In this document: piece after piece, positions 16,666 through 27,383 of the stretch
Layout of the letters: each line of letters begins with the position of its first letter
Position numbering within the stretch: position 1 is the stretch's first letter
Origin: an archaeon GW2011_AR18
GTDB lineage: Archaea; Nanobdellota; Nanobdellia; SCGC-AAA011-G17; GW2011-AR18
Assembly: GCA_000806155.1 (NCBI GenBank)
Contig: JWKX01000007.1
Coordinates: 5,097-69,096, forward strand
Reading direction: 5' to 3'
DNA: 64,000 bases
Translations under genes and position numbers: made by a program
Notes under the pieces: generated by a model
The model's database searches: none
Told to the model about the DNA's origin: nothing
What the model saw: the letters and a program-made list of their open reading frames with translations, nothing else

Positions 16666-18987
16666 ATGAAAGGTTTTCTTATTTACCCATCATATGAAGT
16701 TATTGATAATAAGTCTTATGTTATCTTATTTGGCAGATTAGAAAATAATCAGAGTTTCTTATCTATTAACGAATGCAAGCCTTTTTTTTATATTAAAAAA
16801 GCTGATTTGAAGGATGCTCTTTCTTTGCAGGATTTTGATCATGAAAATAATCATTTTAAAAACTTTAGTTCTGAAGAGGTTATTAAGGTTATCTTGGATA
16901 TTCCTGCTGAAGTTCCTAAATTAAGAAAAAAGTTTGAAGAGAATGGTATTGAATGTTATGAAGCAGATGTTAGGTTTGAATATAGGTTCTTGATTGATAA
17001 TAATATTCAGGGTGGTTTGGATATTGATGGTGATTTCACTGCTTCTGAGAAAGTAGATCGTGTCTACAAGAATCCTGATATTAAGGGTGTTTATTATAAT
17101 CCTTCGAATCTTAAGGTTTTGAGCATTGATATAGAATCTAGTAAAGAATCTTCTGAAATCTACTGTATTAGTCTTATATGTGATAATGAAAAACATACTC
17201 TTGTCAATTCTAATAAAAAATTGAAGAATGCTATATCATGTAAGGATGAAGAGGAAGTTCTTGAAAAGTTTGTTAATTTGATTAATACTATTGATCCTGA
17301 TGTTATTACTGGCTGGAATGTTATTGATTTTGATATTAATTTGTTATATAAAAGATGTAAAAAGTATAAAGTTGACTTTTCTATTGGCAGGAATAATTCT
17401 AAACCTAAGTTAAGGATCCAGGATAATTTTTTCATGGAGAGCAAGGCAGATATTCCAGGAAGGCAGGTTCTAGATGCTTTGCATTTGATGAAAGTTTCTT
17501 TTATTAAAGTCAATGATTACAAATTGGAGACAGTTGCCTCTCAGGTTCTTGGTGAGGGTAAATTCTTGAAATTCGCATCTCTTAAGGATAAATATAAATT
17601 ATTGGATGATCTTTTTATCAATGATCCTCAGACTCTTATTGATTATAATCTTAAAGATGCTGAATTGGTTTTGAAGATTTTGGATAAGACTAAAGTTCTC
17701 GAATTAACTGTTCATCGTTCTCTTCTTACTGGTATGCCCTTGGATCGTGTTAATGCTTCTATTGCCTCTTTGGACTCTATTTATCTTAAGGAGTGTCTTA
17801 AAAGAAAGATTGTTGCTCCTACTGGTAAATTCTCTACTAAAGAATCTCCGATTAAGGGCGGTTATGTTAAAGAGAGTAATCCTGGGATTTATGATTATAT
17901 CTTGATTTTAGATTTTAAATCTCTGTATCCTAGTATTATGAGGTCTTTCAATATTGATCCTTACTCTTATGTTCCTGATTGTTCTGGTAAGAATTTGATT
18001 AGAGCTCCTAATAATGCCTGTTTCAGGAATGAGGATGGTATTCTTCCTGAGATTTTATCTAAACTTTTTGTTGTCAGGGAAAAAGCTCGTAAAGAAAAAG
18101 ATGAGCTTACAAGATATGCTATCAAGATTCTGATGAACTCTTTTTTTGGTGTTCTTGGCAATCCTAGCTGCAGGTTTTTTGATATGAAGATGGTTAATGC
18201 TATTACTTATTTCGGTCAGTTCATTATTAAATTGACAGGTGAGGAAATAGAAAAATTAGGTTACAAAGTTATCTATCAGGATACAGATTCTAATTTTGTT
18301 GTCTCTAATGCTAAGTCTTTGGAAGAGGCTAATGTTATTGGTAAAAAAATTGAGAAGCATATTAATGAGTTTTATAAGAATTTTATTAATAAAGAATATA
18401 AGAGAGAAAGTTTTTTAGAATTGAATTTTGAGAAATGTTTCATTAAATGTGTTATGCCTAAGTTAAGAAAATCTGAAGCTGGAGCTAAAAAAAGATATGC
18501 TGGTTTGGTTGTTAAAGATGGTAAAGAAGAAATTCAATTTGTAGGATTAGAAGCAGTTCGTGGTGACTGGACAGATCTTGCTAAAAAATTCCAGAATGAA
18601 ATTTACAATAAGATTTTCCATAATGAGGAAGTTGTTGATTATGTTAAACAGTTCTTGAAAGATCTGAAGAAAGGTAAATATGATGATTTGCTTGTATATA
18701 AAAAAACAATGAGAAAAGAGATGAAAGACTATGCTATGGATACCCCTGCTAAGAAAGTTGTAAATAAGTTAATTGCACAGGGAGTAGAGATAGAGTCTAA
18801 TATAATAAGTTATATAATGACAGAAGATGGACCAGAGCATGTTGGATATTTAAAACATAAAATAGACTATCAACATTATATTGACAAACAAATAGAACCT
18901 ATTGCTGATGCTATTTTAATATTCTTTAATACTGATTTAGATAATTTGTTAAAAGGAAATAAACAGAATTCTTTATCTGATTACTAA
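16666..18987 (+). CDS. polB: Family B DNA polymerase (Pol II-like)
   Basis: Exo motifs SIDIE, TGWNVIDFD, YNLKD; polymerase motifs DFKSLYPS, KILMNSFFG, YQDTDS, KKRY. Confidence 0.95.
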   Translation: MKGFLIYPSYEVIDNKSYVILFGRLENNQSFLSINECKPFFYIKKADLKDALSLQDFDHENNHFKNFSSEEVIKVILDIPAEVPKLRKKFEENGIECYEADVRFEYRFLIDNNIQGGLDIDGDFTASEKVDRVYKNPDIKGVYYNPSNLKVLSIDIESSKESSEIYCISLICDNEKHTLVNSNKKLKNAISCKDEEEVLEKFVNLINTIDPDVITGWNVIDFDINLLYKRCKKYKVDFSIGRNNSKPKLRIQDNFFMESKADIPGRQVLDALHLMKVSFIKVNDYKLETVASQVLGEGKFLKFASLKDKYKLLDDLFINDPQTLIDYNLKDAELVLKILDKTKVLELTVHRSLLTGMPLDRVNASIASLDSIYLKECLKRKIVAPTGKFSTKESPIKGGYVKESNPGIYDYILILDFKSLYPSIMRSFNIDPYSYVPDCSGKNLIRAPNNACFRNEDGILPEILSKLFVVREKARKEKDELTRYAIKILMNSFFGVLGNPSCRFFDMKMVNAITYFGQFIIKLTGEEIEKLGYKVIYQDTDSNFVVSNAKSLEEANVIGKKIEKHINEFYKNFINKEYKRESFLELNFEKCFIKCVMPKLRKSEAGAKKRYAGLVVKDGKEEIQFVGLEAVRGDWTDLAKKFQNEIYNKIFHNEEVVDYVKQFLKDLKKGKYDDLLVYKKTMRKEMKDYAMDTPAKKVVNKLIAQGVEIESNIISYIMTEDGPEHVGYLKHKIDYQHYIDKQIEPIADAILIFFNTDLDNLLKGNKQNSLSDY

Positions 18988-19026
18988 AGTAGAAACATAT
19001 AAAAAATCATCTATTTTCTATTATAT

Positions 19027-20013
19027 ATGAAAATTTCAGAAAAATCTAAGTTGGAAATAGCTAAGAAGAATATTCTTCGTGATTCTTTTAAGCCTAAGGA
19101 TTTTGTTGCTATTAATGGTTATAATTTTAATGATGGTGTTAATTATAATAATCTTTTAGATAGTTTCTTGTCTACTGGTTTTCAGGCTACTAATCTTGGT
19201 AAGTCTTTTAATATTGTTAATAGTATGCGTAAGGACAAATGCACTATTTTTTTAGGTTATACTTCTAATATGGTTACTTCTGGTTTACGTGATGTTTTTA
19301 GGTATTTAGCAGAACATAAATTGGTTGATGTTATAGTGACTACTGCTGGTGGTATTGAGGAAGATTTGATAAAATGTATGGATCCTTTTATTTTAGGTTC
19401 TTTCGATGCTGATAACTCTCAATTAAGAGAGAAAGGTATTAACAGGACTGGTAATATTTTTGTTCCTAATGACCGTTATGTTAAGTTTGAAAAATTCTTT
19501 ATTCCTTTATTAGAAGAATTAAATAGACAAAATAAAGTTTTTTCAGTTTCTGAAATTATTAAAATCATGGGAGAAAAAATTAATCATAAGGATAGTATTT
19601 ATTATTGGTGTGCTAAGAATAATATTCCAGTTTTCTGTCCATCTTTTACTGATGGTTCTATGGGTGATATGGTTTATTTCTTCAAATACAAGCATCCTGA
19701 ATTCAAGATTGATATTGCTGATGATATTAAGATACTAAATGATATTGCTATAACTTCTAATAAATCTGGTATTATTGTTTTAGGTTCTGGTCCTATTAAA
19801 CATCATATTTGTAATGCTAACATGTTCAGGAATGGTGCTGATTATGCTATATATATTAACAATGCTCAGGAATTTGACGGTTCTGATTCTGGTGCTAGGC
19901 CTGAAGAAGCTATCTCTTGGGGTAAAATATTGCCAGAAGCTAAGCACGTTAAAGTATTTGGTGATGCTACTATCTTATTCCCTTTGATTGTTGCTAAATG
20001 TTTTTCTAAGTAA
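19027..20013 (+). CDS. dys: Deoxyhypusine synthase
   Basis: GFQATNLG, GYTSNM, TTAGGIEED and DGSDSGARPEEAISWGK. Confidence 0.95.
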   Translation: MKISEKSKLEIAKKNILRDSFKPKDFVAINGYNFNDGVNYNNLLDSFLSTGFQATNLGKSFNIVNSMRKDKCTIFLGYTSNMVTSGLRDVFRYLAEHKLVDVIVTTAGGIEEDLIKCMDPFILGSFDADNSQLREKGINRTGNIFVPNDRYVKFEKFFIPLLEELNRQNKVFSVSEIIKIMGEKINHKDSIYYWCAKNNIPVFCPSFTDGSMGDMVYFFKYKHPEFKIDIADDIKILNDIAITSNKSGIIVLGSGPIKHHICNANMFRNGADYAIYINNAQEFDGSDSGARPEEAISWGKILPEAKHVKVFGDATILFPLIVAKCFSK

Positions 20014-20056
20014 TTGTTTAGAAAGGTTTATATATTTTATATTTTGTTTTGAATTT

Positions 20057-20743
20057 ATGAATAAAGTTTATAAGACTATTTCTATTATTATTCCAGCATA
20101 CAATGAAGTCAAGACTATAGAATCTGTTATATCTAAAGTTAAAAATCTAAAATTCAAAAATTTGAAAAAACAAATCATAGTAGTTGATGATGGTTCAAAT
20201 GATGGTACAAGGGATTTAATCAGCAAAATGTTTGGTGTTGATGTCATACTGCATGAAAAGAATAAAGGTAAGGGTGGAGCACTTAAGACAGGTATTTCTA
20301 GTGCTTCTGGGGATATTATTACATTTCAGGATGCAGATCTAGAGTATGATCCTGAAGATTTAAAAAAACTTATTGTCCCAATAATCTCAAATAAAGCATT
20401 GGTAACATATGGTTCTAGATTTTTGTCTAATAAAAAGTATTCTTCAATATTTTTTCTTGGTAATAAGTTCTTGTCTTTTACAACTACATTATTTTATGGG
20501 CAAAAAATAACTGACATGGAGACTTGTTATAAGGTCTTTGATGCTGAGTTATTGAAATCTATTAAATTTGAATCATTGTCATTTGATTTTGAGCCTGAGA
20601 TAACTGCAAAAGTTTTAAAAAGAAAAATAAGAATTATTGAGTTGCCTATTGAATATTATCCGCGAAATGCTAAGGAGGGTAAAAAAATTAAGGTTAGTGA
20701 TGGTTTTAAGGCGTTGTATGTTTTATTAAAAAATAGGTTTTGA
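20057..20743 (+). CDS. Glycosyltransferase family 2 (DPM1-like)
   Basis: IIIPAYNE, VDDGSNDGT, QDADLEYDP and TDMETCYK; start moved to the ATG at 20057. Confidence 0.92.
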   Translation: MNKVYKTISIIIPAYNEVKTIESVISKVKNLKFKNLKKQIIVVDDGSNDGTRDLISKMFGVDVILHEKNKGKGGALKTGISSASGDIITFQDADLEYDPEDLKKLIVPIISNKALVTYGSRFLSNKKYSSIFFLGNKFLSFTTTLFYGQKITDMETCYKVFDAELLKSIKFESLSFDFEPEITAKVLKRKIRIIELPIEYYPRNAKEGKKIKVSDGFKALYVLLKNRF

Positions 20744-22308
20744 AGATGAATATAGATAAGAGCTTTTATTGTATAATGTCTGTTGTTTTTGGACTATTCT
20801 TTTTAATTATTTCTGGATTGCTTAGTCTGTTCAATCAGTTATATAGTTTATGTGGTTATTGTTCTATTGTATCATTGAATGAATTAAAAATCCTATTTTT
20901 TTGTTTGGGTATTATAATAATCTTGTTTTCATTATTTATATTGAAGTCAAATAAAGACATATACTCTTTAATGAAGATTGTTATTCCAATAATATTAATA
21001 TTTTTGTTTTTTATTGCTTTTAATAAGGTATTTAATCAGGATGAGATAGAGCACCTTCATGTTTCTTGGCTGATAGCAAATGGTGGTAATGTATATCAAG
21101 AGTTTATAGAATTCCATACCCCATTATTGTTATTTATAATATCCTTGTTTTTCAAAGTCTTTGGAAATTCTTTGTCTGCTTTGTATGCTGCTCGTATGTT
21201 TTCATTTATGATATTCTTGCTTTTGGTATATATGACATTTATTTTGGCTAAAAGGTTATACAATAAAAATATTGCTTATATATCTGTTATTTTGTTAGTA
21301 TTTAATTCAGTATTTTTTTCAGCATCTACTGAAATACTTCTGGATGGTTTTAGTGCTTTATTAAATATTATTGCCATTTATCTTATTATTTTAGATAAAA
21401 AGAAATTTGCTTTTATATCTGGATTATTGTTTGCTCTTGCATTTTTTACAACCCAGAAATCTGCTGTTATAATAATCTTTGTTGTATTATGGCTTTTTTT
21501 CCAAAAAAAATATGTTGTTATGCGTAATGTAATAACTGGGGGTATTATAACAGGTGTGCTGGGGTTTTTTATGATATTTATTGGTGGGTTATGGAATGAT
21601 TTTTTTTATCAAACTTTTTTTGTGATGTTTGCATGGCATACTGATGTTCCTGTTATTGCAATGGTTAAAGGAATTATGGTTGAATATTCTCTTTTTATTT
21701 TATTGCTTTTGATGTCTTTGAATAAATTAAGATTTAAGCATGATATTATAAGTTTTTTATTCCTTGGGCAGGTTTTAATTTTTATTTCTTTAATATTCTC
21801 AATTTCATGGATTGGTAGGCAGGATTTTATTTTTCTTAGTATAATAATTAGTATTATTATAGCTCGTGGAATTTATGATTCTTCAGATAATATTAAACGT
21901 TTTTTTATTATTGTAATGATTATTTATTTAGTGGCAAGCAGTCTTTTTATTGGAAGGTATATCTTTTCTACAAATGATATTCAATTGAGGACAACTGATT
22001 TTGTTTTATCAAACTCTAATAATTCTGATTTAATAATTGATGTTAAGCCTACAGCAGCTATATTTAGGAAAGACACGTCTTTTTTATGGTATAATAGGAT
22101 TGAGGCTATTCCAGCGATGCAAAAAATTGGATATAATATTAGTTATAACTTTTCTGATGAATTGTTAAAAAAACCCAAAATATTATTGAGGTACGGTCTT
22201 TTGAAAGATGAAATTGCTATATTGTATTGTTATGATGAGATTGTTAAAGATTCTTATGGCGCACCTATTAAGCCTTTATTTTTATATAATTCTACTCGGT
22301 GTACTTGA
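20740..22308 (+). CDS. GT-C fold membrane glycosyltransferase (ArnT/PMT-like)
   Basis: Many TM helices, DE motif (QDEIEH) in the first loop, TTQK. Confidence 0.75.
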   Translation: MKMNIDKSFYCIMSVVFGLFFLIISGLLSLFNQLYSLCGYCSIVSLNELKILFFCLGIIIILFSLFILKSNKDIYSLMKIVIPIILIFLFFIAFNKVFNQDEIEHLHVSWLIANGGNVYQEFIEFHTPLLLFIISLFFKVFGNSLSALYAARMFSFMIFLLLVYMTFILAKRLYNKNIAYISVILLVFNSVFFSASTEILLDGFSALLNIIAIYLIILDKKKFAFISGLLFALAFFTTQKSAVIIIFVVLWLFFQKKYVVMRNVITGGIITGVLGFFMIFIGGLWNDFFYQTFFVMFAWHTDVPVIAMVKGIMVEYSLFILLLLMSLNKLRFKHDIISFLFLGQVLIFISLIFSISWIGRQDFIFLSIIISIIIARGIYDSSDNIKRFFIIVMIIYLVASSLFIGRYIFSTNDIQLRTTDFVLSNSNNSDLIIDVKPTAAIFRKDTSFLWYNRIEAIPAMQKIGYNISYNFSDELLKKPKILLRYGLLKDEIAILYCYDEIVKDSYGAPIKPLFLYNSTRCT

Positions 22309-22349
22309 TTTACAGATAACTTTATTAAGGTCATTTAGTAATCACTATT

Positions 22350-23786
22350 ATGACTGAAGTTTTATGTATTGTACCTCCATTTAATTACGGTAAACTCGAT
22401 TCTGTAGGTCCTAAATGTCCTAATCTGGGAATTGGTATAATAGCCGCTCTTATTGAGACTATGAAGTATGATGTTAAGATACTTGATTGTTTTGGATTGG
22501 AACTTTCTGAGGAAGATACTCTTAAAGAAATAAAAAAGCATAATCCTAAGTTTATTCTTATTGGTGCTGTTACTGCAAATTTTTCAATTTCATTAAATCT
22601 TCTTAAAAAAGCTAAATCATATAACCCTCATGTAATAAATATTGTTGGCGGCCCTCATGTTACAGTTAATCCTGAATCAGCATTTGATAATAAAGGAGTT
22701 GTAGACTTTGTTGTTATTGGAGAGGCAGAAGAGACTATTGTAGATTTGCTCAATTATCTTGATAAAAAAGATTATATGAAGCTTGATGATATTAAGGGTT
22801 TGATGTATGTTAATTCATCAGGTAAAATAACAAAAACTGTTGATCGTGGTGTTGTGAAAATTCTTGATAATCTTCCAATGCCTGCTTATCATTTGTTTCC
22901 TATGGAAAAATATCATTCTTATGGTTGGCTTAATCTTGGAAGAAAGTTTACAACTATGATTACATCTCGTGGCTGCCCATTTAAGTGTAATTTCTGTCAA
23001 AGTTCACAGCAGGCTAAATATTGGCGTCAAAGATCTTCTGATAAGGTTTTCGATGAAATAAAATTATTGTATGATCAGTATGCAATAAGGCATATCTATT
23101 TTCAGGATGATGAATTTTGTGTTAATCATCAGAGGATTATTGAGATGTGTAATAAGATTAAAGAATCTAAGATGGATCTTGTCTGGGAATGTTTAACAAG
23201 GGTCAATCATATGGATGATGAACTTCTTGGTGCTATGGCAAGTGCTGGTTGTAAGAGTATACTTTTTGGTATTGAAACAGGTTATGATGAAGGTTTTAAA
23301 CTGATTAATAAGCCTATAAACTGTGATATGGTTATTAATGCTGTTCAGATGGCTCAAAAGCATGGTATTCTTGTAAAAGTTACTTTCATTATGGGTTTCC
23401 CTTGGGAAGGCGAAGAGGAAATGAAAAAGACAATAGCTTTTGCAAAGAAGGTAGATGCGGATCTTACATTTTTTAATATATTGAATCCTTATCCTGGAAC
23501 TCCTGTATATAATGAAGTTATTGCCAATAATCTTTTCGAGCAGCCTGAAAATTATGATGGTCATATTATTCATGGTACAGATCCTTTGATAATGACTAAG
23601 AAATTATCTGCAAAGCAGTTAAGATATTGGAGTGGCAGAGCTGTTTTGGAGTTTTATCTTAGACCTTCATTTATTTTTAAGAGGGTTTTCAAGATTAGGA
23701 ATTGGACAGAGTTTAAAAATAATTTCTTTGGAGGTAATGATCTTTTAGGTCTTGCTTTTAAGAAAGTTTGGGCTGGTAGGAATTAA
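22350..23786 (+). CDS. B12-binding radical SAM protein
   Basis: GGPHVT...GEAE B12-binding domain; SRGCPFKCNFC. Confidence 0.92.
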   Translation: MTEVLCIVPPFNYGKLDSVGPKCPNLGIGIIAALIETMKYDVKILDCFGLELSEEDTLKEIKKHNPKFILIGAVTANFSISLNLLKKAKSYNPHVINIVGGPHVTVNPESAFDNKGVVDFVVIGEAEETIVDLLNYLDKKDYMKLDDIKGLMYVNSSGKITKTVDRGVVKILDNLPMPAYHLFPMEKYHSYGWLNLGRKFTTMITSRGCPFKCNFCQSSQQAKYWRQRSSDKVFDEIKLLYDQYAIRHIYFQDDEFCVNHQRIIEMCNKIKESKMDLVWECLTRVNHMDDELLGAMASAGCKSILFGIETGYDEGFKLINKPINCDMVINAVQMAQKHGILVKVTFIMGFPWEGEEEMKKTIAFAKKVDADLTFFNILNPYPGTPVYNEVIANNLFEQPENYDGHIIHGTDPLIMTKKLSAKQLRYWSGRAVLEFYLRPSFIFKRVFKIRNWTEFKNNFFGGNDLLGLAFKKVWAGRN

Positions 23787-23841
23787 TTCGATTATAAACT
23801 ATATACTAAATTTATAATAACCTAATAATATATTCTAATAT

Positions 23842-24081
23842 ATGGATGATTTAAACAAGCATACTATTGCAATTCTTCATGCTATTGCTCATCTTGGTAG
23901 GACTTCTATTTTTGAGATGAACTCTATTGAGGAACAGGGTCTTAATGCTGGACAGAGTCATGCTAAATTGGCCATAGATAATTGGACTAAGAAACTTTAT
24001 GATGATCTAGTGGTTATTATGGGAGAAAACCATCCTGTTGTTTCTAAATTTAGGGAAGAATGGAATATAGAAATTTCCTAA
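23842..24081 (+). CDS. Hypothetical protein
   Basis: ATG ORF after a TATA box. Confidence 0.55.
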   Translation: MDDLNKHTIAILHAIAHLGRTSIFEMNSIEEQGLNAGQSHAKLAIDNWTKKLYDDLVVIMGENHPVVSKFREEWNIEIS

Positions 24082-24133
24082 CCTTGAAATGGGAACAAAA
24101 GTATTAAATATTCTTTAATTATTATCTTGTATT

Positions 24134-24571
24134 ATGAAAACAATGAAATTAACAGTTTTGATTGTTGCAATTATGATATTTTCAGTATTTAGTGTTATAG
24201 CTGCTGAGAATTCTGATTGTGATGTAGACATAGCTAAATATGCTTCTCAAGCTAAGGATTTTATTAATAATAATCCTGATAATAAAGGTGTTAAATATGG
24301 CAGAAGTTTTATTGGTAAGAATGCAGTAGTAGAAGCTCATATTGACGACCAGGTCTGGCATGCTAAGATGATGAATGGCATGATGACTGATATATCTCAG
24401 GGAGCTGTTGATGGTAAAACTTTCACTGTAACAACATCCATGTGTACTATTAAAGATCTTCAAGATGGTAAGATTACTGCTAAACAAGCATTAAAAGATG
24501 GCAAGATAACTTATCAGGCTCATGGTATGATGAACAGGATGAAAGCAAGGATTGCTCGTATGTTCTTTTAA
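24134..24571 (+). CDS. Secreted protein, SCP2 sterol-carrier-like
   Basis: Signal peptide; C-terminal GKITAKQALKDGKI pattern. Confidence 0.6.
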   Translation: MKTMKLTVLIVAIMIFSVFSVIAAENSDCDVDIAKYASQAKDFINNNPDNKGVKYGRSFIGKNAVVEAHIDDQVWHAKMMNGMMTDISQGAVDGKTFTVTTSMCTIKDLQDGKITAKQALKDGKITYQAHGMMNRMKARIARMFF

Positions 24572-24633
24572 TTTTTTTAATTATTATTTTCTATTATCTA
24601 AATCTTTTTAAACAACATTTTATTAATTATCAT

Positions 24634-24918
24634 ATGAATGATGATAATGATGAATATGGATTGTTTGCTGTAGATGTTATTAGAAAAACTAGAAACAGAT
24701 TTTTAGACAGTCTTGTTCATAATGAAGATGGTTCAATTACTATAATTAGAGTTGGAGTTTATCATAGTGAAGGTTTATTAGTAAATAAAAGTCCTGGAAT
24801 TCCAGAAGATACTGATAATCATATATCTAGAGTTGCTGACGAATTAGGTTATAGGACTGGAGAAACAGTAAGATATGAAATTAGAATTCTTCCTCCTGAA
24901 AGAAAGCCTTCTCAATAA
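24634..24918 (+). CDS. Hypothetical protein
   Basis: ATG ORF after a TATA-like box. Confidence 0.55.
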   Translation: MNDDNDEYGLFAVDVIRKTRNRFLDSLVHNEDGSITIIRVGVYHSEGLLVNKSPGIPEDTDNHISRVADELGYRTGETVRYEIRILPPERKPSQ

Positions 24919-24980
24919 TTATATCGTTTCATTATCTAAATCTTTAAAAATAATAATCTAAATTTCTTGATAGATACAAA

Positions 24981-26423
24981 GTGGCTGATCATTCTAATAT
25001 CCAGGAAGCGTTGACATATGATGATGTTCTTATAATCCCTAAATATTCTACTATCTCTTCTAGGAAAATTGTTGATATCTCTACTCAATTGACTCCTAAG
25101 ATTAAATTAAACATTCCTATGGTCTCTGGTAATATGGATACTGTCACTGAATCTAGGATGGCTGTTGCCATGGCTCGTATGGGTGGCATTGGTATTGTTC
25201 ATCGTTATCTCCCTGTTAAAGATCAAGTTCATGAAATTATTAAAGTTAAGAGAGCTGAAGCTATTGTTATTGACAAGCCTTTTACTCTGACTCCTGAACA
25301 TACATTAAAAGATGCTAAAGTATTGATGGAAGAGAATAATATTAACGGTATTCTAATTACTGATAATGCTTCTAGGTTCGAAGGTATTATTACAAGAAGG
25401 GATATGATGTTCGAAGATAATCTTTTAAAACCTCTTTCAGATATTATGACTAAACGTTCTGATGCTGTTACTGCTGATTTTGGTATTGATATTGAGAAAG
25501 CTAAATTGATTATGAAAAATAATAAAGTTGAAAAACTTCCATTGTTGGATAAGTCAGGAATTTTAAAAGGTTTGATTACAGCTAAAGATCTCTCAAGAAA
25601 AGATAGTTATCCTTTGACTGTTAAAGATAGAAAAGGAAGATTATTAGTTGGTGCTGCTATTGGTGTTAAAGGTGATTATTTAGAAAGAGCTGAAGCTTTG
25701 ATTAATGCTGGTTGTGATGTTTTATGTATTGATATTGCTCATGGCCATTCAGAATTAGCAATTAATGCTTTAAAGAATGTTAAAGATAAATTTTCAGATA
25801 TTGAAGTTATTGCTGGTAATATTGTTACTGAGATGGCTGCTTTTGATCTGATTAAAGCTGGTGCTGATTGTATAAAAGTTGGTGTTGGATCAGGATCGAT
25901 CTGTATTACTCGTTTAGTTGCTGGTGCTGGTTATCCTCAGTTTTCTGCTTTACTGAACTGCGTTAAAGTCGGTAATGATTTTAATATTCCTGTCATGGCT
26001 GATGGTGGTATTGGCGGTTTGGCTGGTAATTTTTCTAAAGCTATTGCTGCTGGTGCTTCTACTGTGATGCGTTCTCGTTCTTTAGCTGGCACTGATGAGA
26101 GTCCTGGTTTGTCTATTATGAAGAATGGTAAGAAATTCAAGATCTATCGTGGCAGTGCATCTTTTGGTGCTAACATGGCTCGTAATGAAAAGAATAATGA
26201 GAAAGTTGATGAAGAATATAATCCTGAGGGTGTTGAAGCTCTGATTCCTTATTCTGGAAGTGTTGAAGAAGTTATTAAACCATTTTTATCTGGATTGCGT
26301 TCTGGTATGTCTTATGTTGGCGCTCATGATATCAAAGAATTTTGGGATAAAGTTGAGTTTGTTCGTATGACTCAGTCAGGTATTAAAGAAAGTCACCCTC
26401 ATGATGTGGAGCTTGTTAAATGA
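24981..26423 (+). CDS. guaB: IMP dehydrogenase with CBS pair
   Basis: LTYDDVL, MDTVTE, DIAHGHS, KVGVGSGSICITR and ESHPHDV. Confidence 0.93.
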   Translation: MADHSNIQEALTYDDVLIIPKYSTISSRKIVDISTQLTPKIKLNIPMVSGNMDTVTESRMAVAMARMGGIGIVHRYLPVKDQVHEIIKVKRAEAIVIDKPFTLTPEHTLKDAKVLMEENNINGILITDNASRFEGIITRRDMMFEDNLLKPLSDIMTKRSDAVTADFGIDIEKAKLIMKNNKVEKLPLLDKSGILKGLITAKDLSRKDSYPLTVKDRKGRLLVGAAIGVKGDYLERAEALINAGCDVLCIDIAHGHSELAINALKNVKDKFSDIEVIAGNIVTEMAAFDLIKAGADCIKVGVGSGSICITRLVAGAGYPQFSALLNCVKVGNDFNIPVMADGGIGGLAGNFSKAIAAGASTVMRSRSLAGTDESPGLSIMKNGKKFKIYRGSASFGANMARNEKNNEKVDEEYNPEGVEALIPYSGSVEEVIKPFLSGLRSGMSYVGAHDIKEFWDKVEFVRMTQSGIKESHPHDVELVK

Positions 26424-26953
26424 ATGAGTTATTTTTTATTACAGGCAATGAAAATAAATTAAGGGAAGCTAGAAGTATTTTTCCAGATATTAAAGGATTA
26501 AATATTGATTTAATTGAAATTCAGAGTATTGATTCTAGAAAGATTATTGAACATAAACTAAATGAGGCTAAGAAACATCATTCAGGAAGTTTTATTGTTG
26601 AGGATACTTCTTTAGAATTAATATCAATGAAAGGTCTTCCAGGTCCTTTGATTAAATTTTTTGAAAAATCTATTGGTCTTGATGGTGTTTATAAATTAGG
26701 GGAAGTTTTCGGTAATAAAGCAGTTGCTAAATGTGTTATTGGTTATTTTAATGATAATGATATTAAATTCTTTGAAGGAATGATTGATGGTATAATCGTT
26801 AGCCCAAGAGGTGAGAATGGTTTTGGTTGGGATAAGATTTTTGTTCCTGACGGTTATGATAAAACTTTTGCTGAAATATCAAGTGAAGAAAAAGATAGTA
26901 TTAGTATGAGAAAATTAGCTTTTGAAAAATTAAAGGAACATTTAAAAAATTAG
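26420..26953 (+). CDS. Non-canonical purine NTP pyrophosphatase (Ham1/RdgB)
   Basis: TGNENK, VEDTSL, GLPGP, GFGWD and SMR. Confidence 0.92.
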   Translation: MNELFFITGNENKLREARSIFPDIKGLNIDLIEIQSIDSRKIIEHKLNEAKKHHSGSFIVEDTSLELISMKGLPGPLIKFFEKSIGLDGVYKLGEVFGNKAVAKCVIGYFNDNDIKFFEGMIDGIIVSPRGENGFGWDKIFVPDGYDKTFAEISSEEKDSISMRKLAFEKLKEHLKN

Positions 26954-27046
26954 GATATTGTCATTCAAAAATTACTTTAGAAGAAAGAAAAGCTATTTTA
27001 GAACAACAAAAACCTTTATAAAATATGATTTAGTTCTTGAATTGAT

Positions 27047-27071
27047 GCGGGGATAGCAAAGCCTGGTCAAA
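27047..27071 (+). tRNA. 5' fragment of a tRNA-Leu-type gene with no 3' part nearby (split tRNA or remnant)
   Basis: GCGGGGATAGCAAAGCCTGGTCAAA, about 25 nt after a TTTATAAA box, followed by a long bulged hairpin. Confidence 0.6.
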
Positions 27072-27161
27072 ATTAATATGAAATCAAATTATCTTTGAAT
27101 ATTTTTAACTTAGTGATGTTATCATCAGAATATTCTTGGTTTTAATGTAATGGTATTAAAT

Positions 27162-27383
27162 CTATTTAGTTATTTTTATTATTCTTGTCGGACAGTCTCT
27201 TTCTGCCATCTTGTTTGTTTCTATCTCTGATTCATCTATTTCTAATATATCTGTCTCTCCTTTTCTTTCTGAATTTTTCAATATTGCTTTTCCATCAGCT
27301 GATAATTCCCACTGGTTTGGTGCATATTCAACACAGATAGCACATCCTATGCATTTTTCTCTATAATGTAATATCTTTGTCAT
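27162..27383 (-). CDS. Small ferredoxin
   Basis: CIGCAIC...DCP. Confidence 0.88.
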   Translation of the reverse strand: MTKILHYREKCIGCAICVEYAPNQWELSADGKAILKNSERKGETDILEIDESEIETNKMAERDCPTRIIKITK

